Source: Octopus vulgaris (lineage: Eukaryota). Taken from it: a stretch of 64,000 bases of DNA. A program made the position numbers and the translations under genes. The stretch spans positions 64,976,001-65,040,000 of the forward strand of contig OX597827.1 of NCBI GenBank assembly GCA_951406725.2. Direction: 5' to 3'. Below the pieces are notes generated by a model. That model was given only the letters and a program-made list of their open reading frames with translations, ran no database searches and was not told the DNA's origin. Positions 13,080 to 26,203 of the stretch are shown here, piece by piece. How positions within the stretch are numbered: the stretch's first letter is position 1; each line of letters begins with the position of its first letter.

Positions 13080-13444
13080 GACATCAGTCGGTAGCAATGA
13101 AATTATTACATAGAACTGTGTTAGGTTCCGATCGTTTCGGCGGGTTTCTGGCAGCTTCATCACAATACATTGGTTTACGATCCTAAATTAATAGTTACTT
13201 CATGAATCAATTATACATATATATATATATATATGCACACAAACACATACACAAACACACACATACACACTCACAAATACTCAACCACAGGCATAAACGT
13301 ATATTTGTAAGTATACATATCCACATAAAATTCCCAAGTATCCGTTTAGTAAATATGAAGTAAATCGTGTATGTGAATCAATTGTTTATTAGAATCAATT
13401 TCATATCTATGGAATCACGATCATCATTTAAGAGACACACAGTA

Positions 13445-15080
13445 ATAATGGTTTCAAATTTAGGCACAAGGCCAGCAATTTCAGGAGAGTGGCTAAGTCG
13501 ATTACATCGATCCCAGTACTCTACTCGTACTCATGTAATCGACGCCGAAAGGATGAAAAACAAGTTCGACTTCAGCAGAATTTGAATTCAGAACGTAGAA
13601 ACGGACGAAATACTGCTCTGCATTCTTCACAGTGTCCTAAGGTCCTGCCAGCACACTGCTCTTGGTGATTTCAAAGTTCAGTACACGTTTAGCAGTTTCA
13701 AGAAAGGGGTTAAGTCGATTATATCGACGCCAGTGCTCGACTGGTACTTATTTTATCGAGCCCCAAAAGGGATGAAAAACAAAGTCGACCTCCACGGAAA
13801 TTGAACTCAGAACATAAAGACAGACGATATACTGCAGCTGATTCTTTTCTACTCTAGAAAGAAAGCCTGAAATTTTGGGGGCGGGTGCCAGTCGATTAGA
13901 TCGATTCCAGTATGCAACTCGTACTTAATTTATCGATAGCGAGAGGGTAAAAGGCAAAGTCGACCTCAGCGGAAATTGAAATCAGAACGTAAAGACAAAC
14001 GAAATACCTATTTCTTTACTACCTTCAAGGGGCTAAACACTGAAGGGACAAAGAAGGACAGACAAACGGATTAAGTCGATTATATCGACCCCAGTGCGTA
14101 ACTGATACTTATTTAATCGACCCCAAAAGGATGAAAGGCAAAGTCGACCTCGGAGGAATTTGAACTCAGAACGTAACGGCAGACGAAATACGGTTACGCA
14201 TTTCGCCTGGCGTGCTAACGATTTCACCAGACGTGTTAAGCATTTCACCAGCCGTGGAAGTGATTTCTACTCTAGGTACAAGACCCGAACATTTCGGAAC
14301 TGTGGAGAGGTACAGTCAATTAGATCTACCACGGTACGCAACTGGTACTTAATTTATCTTCCCGACAGGATGAAACGCAAAGTCGACCTCGGCGGAAATT
14401 GAACTCAGAACATAAAGGCAGACAAAATACCTATTTCTTTACTACCCACAAGGAGCTAAACACAGCGAGGACAAACAAGGACAGACAAACGGATTAAGTC
14501 AGTTATATCGTCCCCAGTGCGTAACTGGTACTTATTTAATCGACCCAGAAAGGATGAAAGCCAAAGTCAACCACGGCGGAATTTGAACTTAGAACGTAGC
14601 GGCAGACGAAATACCTATTTCTTTACTACCCACAAAGGGGCTAAACACAGAGGGGACAAACAAGGACAGACATAGGTATTAAGTCGATTACATCGACCCC
14701 AGTGCGTAACTGGTACTTAATTTATCGACCCCGAAAGGATGAAAGGCAAAGTCGACCTCGGCGGAATTTGAACTCACAACGTAACGCAGACGAAATAACG
14801 CTAAGCATTTCGCCCGACTTACTAACGTTTCTGCCAGCTCGCCGCCTTCATTATTTCTTTATTACCCACAAGGGGCTAAACATAGAGGGAACAAACAAGG
14901 ACAGACATAGGTATTAAGTCGATTACATCGACCCCAGTGCGTAACTGGTACTTAATTTATCGACCCCGAAAGGATGAAAGGTAAAGTCGACCTCGGCGGA
15001 ATTTGAACTTAGAACGTAGCGGCAGACGAAATACCACTAAGCATTTAGCACGGTGTGCTAACGATTCTGCCAGCTCGCTG
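13445..15080 (-). mobile_element. Array of about 8 family T SINE units
   Basis: B-box/gtcgacctcggcggaatttgaactcag motif recurs near 13580, 13800, 13975, 14158, 14398, 14580, 14765 and 15000. Confidence 0.92.
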
Positions 15081-15116
15081 GTATGTGATGCGTACTAATA
15101 TTAATATTTGTTAAGA

Positions 15117-15325
15117 CGGCGAGCTGGCAGAATCATTAGCACACCGGGCAAAATGCTTAGCAGCATGCATTCCGTCGGCACGCTCTGAGTTCAAATTCCG
15201 CCCGGGTTGTTTTTTGGTTTTCATCTGTTCGGTGTCGAATAAATAAGTACCAGTTACGTACTGGGGTCGATGTAATTAATGTACCCACTAACCCAAATTT
15301 CAGGCCTTGTCCTTATGGTAGAAAT
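15117..15325 (+). mobile_element. Family T SINE monomer, head-to-head with the preceding array
   Basis: ggcgagctggcagaatcattagc...gagttcaaattccgcc...ataagtaccag. Confidence 0.88.
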
Positions 15326-15508
15326 AACATTAACATTGATGTACTTTGCTTTAGTTTGACATTGCAAATTATTTAAATTCCATACCAATATCGTTTTAGT
15401 ACAAATATCTTCTTTGTGTAGATATGTGGTTGTATGGTTATTTTTTTACCTGTACTTTCAATAGGCTGTCCTTCTGTTTTTCCCTCTCCTTCTCTTGCCA
15501 CTCTTCCC

Positions 15509-15510
<2 letters not shown>

Positions 15511-15574
<64 letters not shown>

Positions 15575-15959
15575 ATGAGAGCAATAGAAGCTGCGATTCT
15601 GTAATTAAGGGTTTCGGTAATGATAGTGAGTCTGTATCCATCATTACTGAAAGATGGCGCCACATAAGGGATAATGATGGTGGTATAAGTAGTGCTGTCG
15701 TTGTTGTTGTCGGTGTCACCGCTGCTGCTGTAATGACTTTGAGATTATTGTTGTTGATAATGTTCATGATGACCTAAATGTTGAGGGTCATGTTGTTGTC
15801 GATGATAATGATGATGATAATGATGGTGGGTGATGATGACGACAATGAATAAAGTATAGCCGTTCGTATTTATAATGACGACGAAGTTGATGATGATGAT
15901 GATGAGGAGGAGGAGGAGGATTATGATGATGACGATTATGATGATGATGATAATGACCG

Positions 15960-15992
<33 letters not shown>

Positions 15993-16450
15993 CCGTGATG
16001 ATGATGATGGTGATGATGATAATGATGATGATGATGACGATGATGATGATGATGATGATAATGATGATGACGATGATGACGATGATGATGATGATGATGA
16101 CCGTGACGACGATGATGATGATAGTTACGATGATGACTATCATGGCAACGGTCTCTGTGGCCCTGATGTTGATGATGATGATGATAATGATGAAGAAGAA
16201 GAAGAAGAAGAAGAAGAAGAAGAAGAAGAAGAAGAAGAAGAAGAAGAAGAAAAAGAAGAAGAAGAAGAAGAAGAAGAAGAAGAAGAAGAAGAAGAAGAAG
16301 AAGAAGAAAGAGATAACATCGACAAAGAAAACGAGGTCAGCGGCGACGGCAAGGACAGTGATGACGATGTTAATTATATTGATGACGACGACTACGATGA
16401 GGGCGCTGGCTTCATCGTGGTTGTCATAGACGACAACCACGATGATGAGA
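15511..16450. repeat. (ACT)n, (GAT)n and (GAA)n trinucleotide tracts
   Basis: Directly visible; source of the poly-T/M/K/F pseudo-ORFs. Confidence 0.97.
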
Positions 16451-16841
16451 ATGATAAATTTCAAGGGCAAACAAGTTATAAATAATAAGACGTTGATGGA
16501 TTTCAAATTCTTTACTTTTTAATAATTGTTATTATTGCATCTTGGAATAACGAATTCCAATTATTTTCTTATATACTGAGACTCAAACAAAAAAAAAAAA
16601 AATGGAGACCAATGCATAATTTACGGTAGTGTATGTATGAATGAGTGCACTGGTGTGTATCAGCTAGGCTTAATATGGAGGTAAGCGTATGTTTACTTCA
16701 AGTCTTTAAGTACGCTGTACTACATACATACACATATAATAATTTAGATAACTTCGATTGCTTTCGGCCATTACCGGCACAGGCTATGGCTAAATCAACA
16801 GTACGACCTAGTGCTATATATAAACCATTAATTATATGTAA

Positions 16842-16926
<85 letters not shown>

Positions 16927-16984
16927 CCATTATAATTTATGCGTCTCGAAACAAGCCGAAAGAGATTTCTAAAAAATTCCGTTA

Positions 16985-17045
16985 TTACCGTATTGGTCAC
17001 AATTTCAGAGTTAATTCGTAAGAATTTTCCCCTCCCCAGCGATAA
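16985..17045 (-). ncRNA. Hammerhead copy with core mutation (CUGGGGA)
   Basis: UUAUCG-CUGGGGA-GGGG..CUCU-GAAA-UUG-UGAC-CAA-UA-CGGUAA. Confidence 0.65.
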
Positions 17046-17453
17046 ATACGTAAGACATAAATGAAATACTTACTCATACTCATGGAAAAAGCATGCACTA
17101 AGCCCTGAGCAGACCTAACTACCCCAAATATATCCAAAATAGAAAATCTTTAGCACATTTCGAGACACATGTGTGATTCGAACTAGAAACTTTCACAGAG
17201 TGAGAGAGTCCGAAAGTAAGCACTATTAAATTTACATCTAATGTAGGATAACATTTTTTTCGAAAACAAATTTTATCAATGGCCAGCATATTAAAAAATA
17301 CAATTAAAGGTTAAATTTATAAATAACTTATAAAATAAGGGCAAAAGAAAATTTCTAATGCCAAATATGCCGAAAATAGACAAAATGGTCAATAACTATT
17401 ATAATTCCTGCGTCTCGAAACAAGCCGAAAGAGATTTCTAAAAAATTCCGTTA

Positions 17454-17514
17454 TTATCGTATTGGTTCCAATTTCAGAGTTAGTTCATAAGAATTTTCCC
17501 CTCCTCAGCGATAA
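17454..17514 (-). ncRNA. Type I hammerhead ribozyme, complete core
   Basis: UUAUCG-CUGAGGA-GGGG[loop]CUCU-GAAA-UUGGAACCAA-UA-CGAUAA: perfect 6-bp stem I, AUA cleavage site. Confidence 0.8.
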
Positions 17515-17813
17515 ATACGTAAGACATAAATGAAATACTTACTCATACTTATGGAAAAAGCAAGCACTAAGTCCTGAGCAGACCTAAGTACCCCAAATAT
17601 GTCCAAAATAGAAAATCTTCAGCACATCTCGAGACACGTGTGATTCGAACAAGAAACAATTGACAATTTTGTCTATTTTGGGCATATTTTGCATAAAAAA
17701 AATTTTTTGCCCTTATTTTATAAGTTATTAATAAATTTAACCTTTAAAAGTATTTTTTAATATGCCGTCATTGATAAAATTCTTTTTCGAAAAAAATGTT
17801 ATCCTACATTAGA

Positions 17814-17866
<53 letters not shown>

Positions 17867-17868
17867 CA

Positions 17869-18065
17869 AGTTAATCCAAACAAGAAAGCCCAAAAAACAC
17901 AACAACGCGAGGACGTGGAACAAATATAGTATTATTGGACGCTCAGGAAAGAAGGAAAGAAGGAGGGTTTAACGTTTCGAGCGGAGCTCTTCGTCGAAAT
18001 ATAGGAGAAGGAAAGATCCAGAGAAGGGAAGACGGAGGAAAAAAATCGCCAACGGTACACACGCG

Positions 18066-18068
<3 letters not shown>
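17869..18068 (-). mobile_element. ~200-bp (TA)n-inserted repeat family H1 with minimal hammerhead-like motif
   Basis: Three closely similar copies (17869, 30998, and 54183 inverted). Motif CGACGA-AGAGC-UCC-GCUC-GAAAC-GUU-AAAC. Confidence 0.85.
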
Positions 18069-18105
<37 letters not shown>

Positions 18106-18332
18106 GGTTTGGAGATGATGTACAGGTATTATATATTAGAAGAAATGAGGTACTCAGAAATCTGGATGGTTTTATAGTTACAGATTTTTGAGCACCTTGT
18201 TTCTTATAATATATATATACATATATATATATATGTACTTCTAAATATACTCACGAACACACACTTATTATCCCACTTATTTATATGCATCAATATGTAC
18301 ATACACAGATAGATAGATAGATAGATAGACAA

Positions 18333-18388
<56 letters not shown>

Positions 18389-18607
18389 GAAGATAATAGA
18401 TAGACTGATAATGCATGAGATATTTTCTTCACCTACATAATTCCTTTTTGTATTAACTCACATTGGGATTAAGGTGGTGCTTACTATAAAAGCAAATATG
18501 CAAGATGTTTCCCGCCTTCTATCTCTTTTTGTCACTCTGTCTCTGTCTGTTGTCTGTCTGTTTCTTTCGCTCCGTCTCTCTCTCTCTATTTATATATATA
18601 ATATATA

Positions 18608-18672
<65 letters not shown>

Positions 18673-18683
18673 TTATACATACT

Positions 18684-18718
<35 letters not shown>

Positions 18719-18837
18719 TTCTACTTGCCTCTTTGCATTTGTGTATACAATTCTTTACATGTGTATTTCTGTGCATCCGTATGTATGCATATATACATGC
18801 ATACATAGATACACACACAGACACAGACACACACACA

Positions 18838-18896
<59 letters not shown>

Positions 18897-19494
18897 GTGT
18901 GTGTTATGTATGTACCTATGTATGTATATAAATACTTGTCTGACTGAATGTTTATATGTAAATATACATATATATATGTATATGAACTGACATTCGTGTG
19001 TATGTATGTACGTAATATATATATATACATATATATATATCATTATAATCTCCTCTAATTATAGAAACATATACTCTGCAAAAAATATGCTATTACAACA
19101 ACAATAACGAATTTACTCATCCAATGAACAGTAACCATTTATTACTTATTTACTTTTTTTTATTTCGGATGTCTAAATTGCAGTGTCTGTCTCCTCACTG
19201 GAGCGTTAAGCCTTTCTTTTTGTTTCCGAAAACTTAATTGCTTTTATATATTGATTGCAGTTTTGAGTCCAATATAACGGCCGCCATTTTAACCTGGTCG
19301 GTCTTCCAACTTCTATGTCCCATCTTTCACTCCGCTAGTTTCAATTTCATTTAATATATTTCATTGCTACAGCTATTATTTTTTTTTTGTTATAAGGAAT
19401 CTTGTTATTTGTTTTCCCTCCTTATTCTTATTTTCATTGTAACTCGACATTTTGCGCCTTTTATTTTTGTTGTACCTGTAATCTAAAAAAAAAA

Positions 19495-19495
<1 letters not shown>

Positions 19496-19548
<53 letters not shown>

Positions 19549-19660
19549 CATTATTATTATTATTATTGTTATTATTATTATTATTATTATTACTATTATT
19601 ACTATTATTATTATTATTATTATTATTATTATCATTATTATTATTATTATTGTTATTATT
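19496..19660. repeat. (TTA)n microsatellite
   Basis: Directly visible. Confidence 0.98.
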
Positions 19661-20768
19661 GTCATTACGTTTTTTTTGCGCTGCTGTCTTTTTACGACCT
19701 TTGGTTCACTTTATTGTCTATTAAATTTATTTTTCATTGTTTTCATCTACTTTTTATTTATTCATTTAAATTTTTTTTTATCTTTATCCATTTATTCATT
19801 ATTCGTCCATTCCTCGCCATTTTCGCATAACTTCCGTCATCATCCACCTCTGTCGCTTTATATTGCCGATCTCAATACTTTCTTTTCGCTCTTTTTGCTC
19901 TCCCTGCATCTTATTTTCTCATATCTTATTCTCGGTGACTTTTTGTTCTTTTAATTCTCTTGTGTCTTTCCTATATCAATTTATGCTGCCATTGTATGTC
20001 GTAGTTCTTTTTTCAAGAAGATATTTTTTCTCTTCTATCTTTGTTATTTTTGATTTTCTTACGCTTCACTGAACGCTCTCTAAATCTATTTAGCTAATCC
20101 TCTCTCTCTCTCTCTCTCTCACTCTCTTCTGTCAATTTCTCTCTCTTAAATTAAATTCTTATTTGATGGCTTTCTAACTTAAACACACACAATCTCGCAA
20201 CACCTATCTACACAAAATACACGCATACTTTCTCTCTCTTATTCTTAGAATCACGCTCTTATTCTTAATTTCAATTCTTTATTGTCATATTTTCCCACAT
20301 TCTCGTCTGTCTCATGGCATTTAACCTCAATGTTAAATTCACATATTTTATATTTCCTCCTCTTATTTTTATTTCTCTTCGTCATTATTTTCCCCTCTTT
20401 CTGCGTGTTTCCCCATTTCTCCAATTTCTTCACTTGGGTTCCCGGAATTTCAATTTTTCTTTTGTTACCGTTTTCTTCCAATCATCCGTTCTATATCTAT
20501 CGTTCCCATCTTCCCATGCAGTGTCTCGCCATTCATCTTAGTTATCTCCCGTTATTATCGTTGTTTAGCCCCACGTGAAACCTGATCGGAAATATGAACA
20601 AGTGTGTTCCACAAGGTTTTGTGGGTGTGGTTTAAAGTATATCTGCCTGCAGTCAAATATAATTTCCACAGACTACACGAGGGCAAGTCTATCCACAAGC
20701 ACGCACAAACACATATTTATATACATACATACATACATACATGCATACACACATGTATGTATATATGT

Positions 20769-20866
<98 letters not shown>

Positions 20867-20894
20867 GTAGATACATACAACATATATGAATATC

Positions 20895-21082
20895 TCTTTG
20901 TCGATGTTTGTCCCCACCACTATCGCTTGACCGATGCTGGCGTGTTTACGTTCCCGTAGCCTAGCGGTTCGCCAAAAGCTTACAATGAATAAATCTTAGG
21001 CTCGATTTCTTCCACTACAAAGGTGGCGCCCCAGCAGTGACGCATTCACATGACTGAAACAGTGAAACAGCAACAGAATAAA
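20895..21082 (+). mobile_element. Family C SINE 3' half, decayed
   Basis: tgtttgtccccacc..tcgcttgac..gatgctgg.gtgtttacg...ggtggcgccccagca...tgactgaaac. Confidence 0.75.
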
Positions 21083-21996
21083 ATAATATATATACATATG
21101 CACACACCAGACAATTCTGATAACCACAAATCCGAAGAGATATTTTTATTTCAAACAGAGCCTTATCACTCTCGTTGATATATACGACGGACTTCTTTTC
21201 AGTTTCCGTCTACCTAATTCACTCACAAGACAAATCTGAAGTGGTATTTTTATTTTAAACAGAGCCTTATCACTTTCGTTGACCGGTAAGAATTCTGTAA
21301 TATTAAATATATTTGAATAAATCCCAAATTGCGTCCAGCGTGTGGCGAAAGCAATATCATTCAATAATAAACCTTACTTGTGCATTGTAGATTGTTAGTT
21401 GTTTGGGAAAATTAAGTATTTCCAACACTGGAGAGAAAGGACAATTGCTGAGATTCTACCTTTACTATCCTAAAGACAAAATTTCATCAGGAGAGAGATT
21501 TTTAACGAGCGGAGGGCCTAGCAAGTGAAGCATTAGTTAAATGCTACTCGTGCTTATTAGGAGTAAAGTGTGTAAACGAGAGGTAGACCAAGCAATTGAA
21601 GCAGCTGAGTGGACACTAGATAAATGCTGCCCATACTTAATCGGTTTCTTTTTGTTTTTTGCTGTTGAAACAGGAACGATTATTTCTACTTTATTTACAT
21701 TATTTACATTTGACTCATAGTTACCTCATCTTTCTTGTTGTTAACTGCCGTTTTTCCCAGCAGAAAACAGAATTTCACGGGAGCACGCAATGTCTTCGTT
21801 TCAACCATCGGAAAAATCGATGAATATGGGAGAAACACTGCAAAACAAAGAGGCAACACGTGGCAGCAGAACTTAAAACGGTCGGTAGACTGATGCCTGG
21901 GGGTTGCATCAAGTGGCTTCTAAGAGCGGATTCCTGAACTAAAATCGGCTTGTCCAACAGAGAACATTTCTGGTTACTTTTGGGTATCTCCTCGTA

Positions 21997-22240
21997 CATA
22001 TACACATACATACATTATGGCTGCCCCCTCGTTATCGAGTATGGCCATTGCACGAAGCTTAACTGCTACTGATGCTGTGATCGAATGTGACTTTTTAGCC
22101 CAGCCAAAGATCTACGCTGTCTTGTGCAAAATTGGCAACTAAAACCTTTACTGGTAATAGCCGGCTGTAGTTGTAACTGGGCTTCATGTACCTTTGCATG
22201 TCGTTTAAGTCCTCCTGCCGAATTACACTCTCTTCCACAC
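21997..22240 (-). mobile_element. RTE-like LINE 3' end (two terminal C2H2 fingers, short 3' UTR, (ATGT)n tail)
   Basis: CGRECNSAGGLKRHAKVH...FSCQFCTRQRRSLAGLKSHIRSQH*, followed by a UTR hairpin ctcg-ataa-cgag and a repeat tail. Confidence 0.7.
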
Positions 22241-22434
22241 ATACATACATACATACATACATACATACATACATACATACATACATACATACATAAATAC
22301 ATACATACATACATACATACATACATACATACATACATACATAACATCTGTTCACAGGTCAAAAATAAGAACTTCAACACCGTAACGTGTTTCAAATGGG
22401 AATCATCTCGTACAACTTTTTCTCGTAACTCTCA

Positions 22435-23600
22435 GGACAGGCTGAAAAGTTTATAGGCTAACTTTGAAGGAGTGATGCCAGGGTTTCAAAATGCTGCATG
22501 CATTAATTCCAACTGTCCCTATTAATAACTGTATCGTTTCTTTCCAGGTAAACTAGGTATGTTTGCATCTGGGATTATAGCATCCGTTCGCTGGTCTAAA
22601 ACAAGAACTCCAAGGACGTAACGAGTTTCAAACAGGCGCAATTTTCTAAATGTTTTTCTTGCAATTACGAAAATGGGCTGAAATATTTATAGGCGAACTG
22701 GCAGACACATTAGCACGCCGGGCGAAGTGCTTAGCGGTATTTCGTCTGCTGCTACGTTCTGAGTTCAAATACCGCCGAGGTCGACTTTGACTTTCATCCT
22801 TTCGGGGTCGATTAAATAAGTACTAGTTACGCCCTGTGGTCGATATAATCGACTTAATCCGTTAGTCCGACCTTGTTTGTCCTCTCTGTGTTTAGCCCCT
22901 TGTGGGTAGTAAAGAAATAGGTATTTCGTCTCCCGTTACGTTCTGAGTTCAAATTCCGCCGAGGTCGACTTTGCCTTTCATGTTTTCGAGGTCGATAAAT
23001 TAAGTACCAGTTACGGACTGGGGTCGATGTAATCGACTTAATTCCTTTATCTGTCCTTGTTTGTCCTCTCTGTGTTTAGCCCCTTGTTGGTAGGAAAGGA
23101 ATAGGTATTTCGTTTGCTGCTACGTTCTGAGTTCAAATTCCGCCGAGGTGGACTTTGCCGTTTATCCTTTCGGGGTCGATAAATTAAGTACCAGTTACGG
23201 ACTGGGGTAGATGTAATTGACTTAATCTGTTTGTCTGTCCTTGTTTGTCCCCTCTATGTTTTGCCCCTTGTGGGCAATAAAGAATTAAGAAATATTTATA
23301 GGCTGATTATTAAGGAGCTATGCTAGAGCTCTGAAATCTTGCCTGAACTAATTACACTTTTTAATAATTGTATTGTTTCTCTTTAGTTAAACTTTATCTA
23401 ATTGTTCATCGACACTTGTAAATAACTAGTAGCAGATTCTCTTGAAAATGGACAAAATTTGGCATTGCGATGTTATGAAGAACCCGCCGAAAGAGGATAT
23501 TCATGCAAATATACTATGCTTGCTACATACGAGGATTACGCTCCAGCTTTATCAATAGTACAAAAGTGGACAGATGAATTTTGGTGGAGAGATTATCGCA
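22435..23600 (+). mobile_element. Decayed mariner 5' region interrupted by a SINE
   Basis: End-like motif g.gctgaaa..tttataggc occurs twice. From ~23448 the translation MDKIWHCDVM...DIHA...ATYEDYAPALSIVQKWTDEF resembles a mariner N-terminal HTH. Confidence 0.65.
22692..23290 (+). mobile_element. Family T SINE trimer with target-site duplication
   Basis: Three units; gaaatatttataggc at 22680-22694 and 23289-23303. Confidence 0.92.
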
Positions 23601-24378
23601 GCCAATGAAGACCCTCGTTGATTTCACTTCACTACTGCATATCTTTAAGGGATCTCACTGGCCCCCAACCAGCTCAGGGTACCTATATACAACCACTTAA
23701 TCTGGGTTATGGCAGTAATGGGTAGAGTCAACGGATTATTAGTTATTAGTTATTATCAATTAATCTTATAACGTTGGCAATCACTTCTGTATCCAAATTC
23801 TAAATAAAACTAATTTTGTAAACAACGGTTTTTTTAATTCTTATTTTTTATTGAGTTTTCTTGTTTGGTTTTCATTTAATCTAGCAATATATGTATGAAT
23901 AAATTAATCTATGATTAAGATAGGATTGTTCAAAGATTGCATTGTTGAAATGTATTTATTTAATGTAAACATGGACATTGGCTTGATTGAATATATAAAG
24001 CAAAAAGAGAGGAAGGAGACCCAAAAATAATATCAAGCTTAAATATATTAATACGATAAAACATATAAAGTTGTGTGACAAATAAATACATACAGAAATA
24101 TACTGATTGACACGGAAAAAAAACACAACACATGCACACAAAAACACATACGCACACGCACACACACACACACATATATATATGTAATATATATATATAT
24201 AATATATATTATATATATATATATATATAATATATATATAATATATATATTATATATATATATATTACATATATATATATGTGTGTGTGTGCGTGTGCAT
24301 ATATATGTGTATATTATAAACGTAAAAGCAACGTACATACATAAATACTGGTGCATATGTATATATGTTAATATTTAC

Positions 24379-24420
<42 letters not shown>

Positions 24421-25072
24421 ATATATGCGTGTATGTATATATATATGTATATACTTTTATAAATTAATACAGGTACAGACAAACACACACACATACACTC
24501 CTGTATGCATATATATGTATGTATATATATATATGTATATATGTATAAAAATATATATATATACATATATACCTATATCCACATGTACAGAGTGAGAAAA
24601 TATTGGGAAGGAAGTAGAAGTAGAGAGGGAGAGAGAGAGAGAAGTGATTGAATTTTGTCCTTTACATATCTGATCAATCCTATGTTCCCGAGTATATTGA
24701 ATATCGGGAAAACTTTTCAATCAAATATATATAAAAAAAAAAAAAAAAAAACAAAACAAACAAAATGAACGAAAACAAGAAAGAAAAATATATATAAAAA
24801 AAAGTAAGCAACCAGCAAAAGAAATCTCTTCGTTGCATAAAAATGATTTCTATTTAATTAGCAAGATCTATTAATTAGTAATTACATTGTTATGCTATTG
24901 ATTATAATGAATATTACAGTTTTTGATTATGTATGCCCATAATGTTTTGTAGGAGTGTGTCGGTGACGGAACTGCACACAAACACACACATTCTCTCACA
25001 CACACGCACACACACTCTCTCTCTCTCTCACACACTCACTCACTCTCTCTTTCTCTCTCTCTCTCACACACA

Positions 25073-25122
<50 letters not shown>

Positions 25123-26203
25123 TTGTATATGTATATACATATGGACGTGTACATGTATTCATTTGCGTACGTACACATATGCGTGTATGTAGGTAGCTAT
25201 GCAATGCAAGTATATAGATATATTTTAGTGTGTATGTTTATATACATATGTATGCGTATATGTAAGTACGAACGTATTTTCTATGAAATACACATTCGTA
25301 CATTATTTTTCCATGTGTTGGTCAAGCAGCATTGATCAGCAAAAGACTTACCAATCACGGAACCACACATCTGTCAGCACGCAACGAGTAGGGAGAGTTC
25401 TACGCACTGTCTGCTTGTACTATCAGTAAAGTCTGTCTAAAAGCATAGCAAAGTGTTTGAGAACTCAACGGGCAGAAAGGATCAATGTACAGATAATAAA
25501 TAGAAACAACAATGGCTGAAACAGGAGTCACTTTGTCTGTTATAAACCAGAATACAAGGCCATTCAGAAACGCTTGGTTTCATTTAGTGTGCTTCTAGTT
25601 TCTACAGAAGAGATATGGAACGGTTCAGATACATTTTAATTTATGGGTCCCGTTGTTATTTCAGACCGTTTGTTGTGCAAAACTTGCCATTAGATGTCGA
25701 AAGGAATTCCGAATCCATGATACAAAAGAGTAACACCCAAATTATAGTGGGTGCTTGTGTTTAAGAAACACCAAAAAAGAGAATAAAATTAATAAAATAC
25801 TGAAACCTATTAAAACACAAGAAGTATATGTCCATATGTTCGTATATATAAATATATATATATATATACACCGTAGTTTAACGTGTATAAGGAACCCTTC
25901 ATTTATCAAAAATTAGGTTAAAAATATGGGAACTTCTTATACATGGATAGTATTATAATCCTTTACAAAACCTATTTTCTAAATTTTAAGCGCCCCCCAC
26001 CGCCCAAATTATGATGGGGTACCTTATACACGTTCAAATACGTTATTCATATATAAGTACCAGGTGAGCACTAGTCTTGATATAATCAAATAAAACTCTG
26101 TGCCAGAACTCCATGCCTGGTGCCTATAGTGCAAAATATATTTTAGACAAACTGAAAGAGAATGAGCGGACAAAAGGGTTACATTGCTTGCAGAAATGGT
26201 TAA

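Larger units (their letters stand above)
16929..17817 (-). mobile_element. Penelope pseudo-LTR/retrozyme-like unit with layout A-B-A'-inverted B
   Basis: Direct repeats at ~16929-17190 and ~17398-17657 (period 469). Inverted repeats at ~17232-17393 and ~17659-17817. Flanked by (TA)n, with a hammerhead in each direct repeat. Confidence 0.85.

Noticed and set aside
13445-15080. CRISPR-like periodic array
   Set aside because: Units are ~180-240-bp SINE copies without unique spacers; no cas genes; eukaryotic context.
15745-16506. 253-aa and 184-aa ORFs with poly-F/I/M/K
   Set aside because: (GAT)n/(GAA)n tracts with no protein-like complexity.
19278-19292. Perfect YY1-type motif GCCGCCATTTT
   Set aside because: Isolated; the minus-strand ATG stops after 13 codons and there is no other promoter support.
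22066-22240. Host C2H2 zinc-finger gene exon
   Set aside because: No TGEKP linker or splice acceptor; followed by a LINE-type hairpin UTR and repeat tail.
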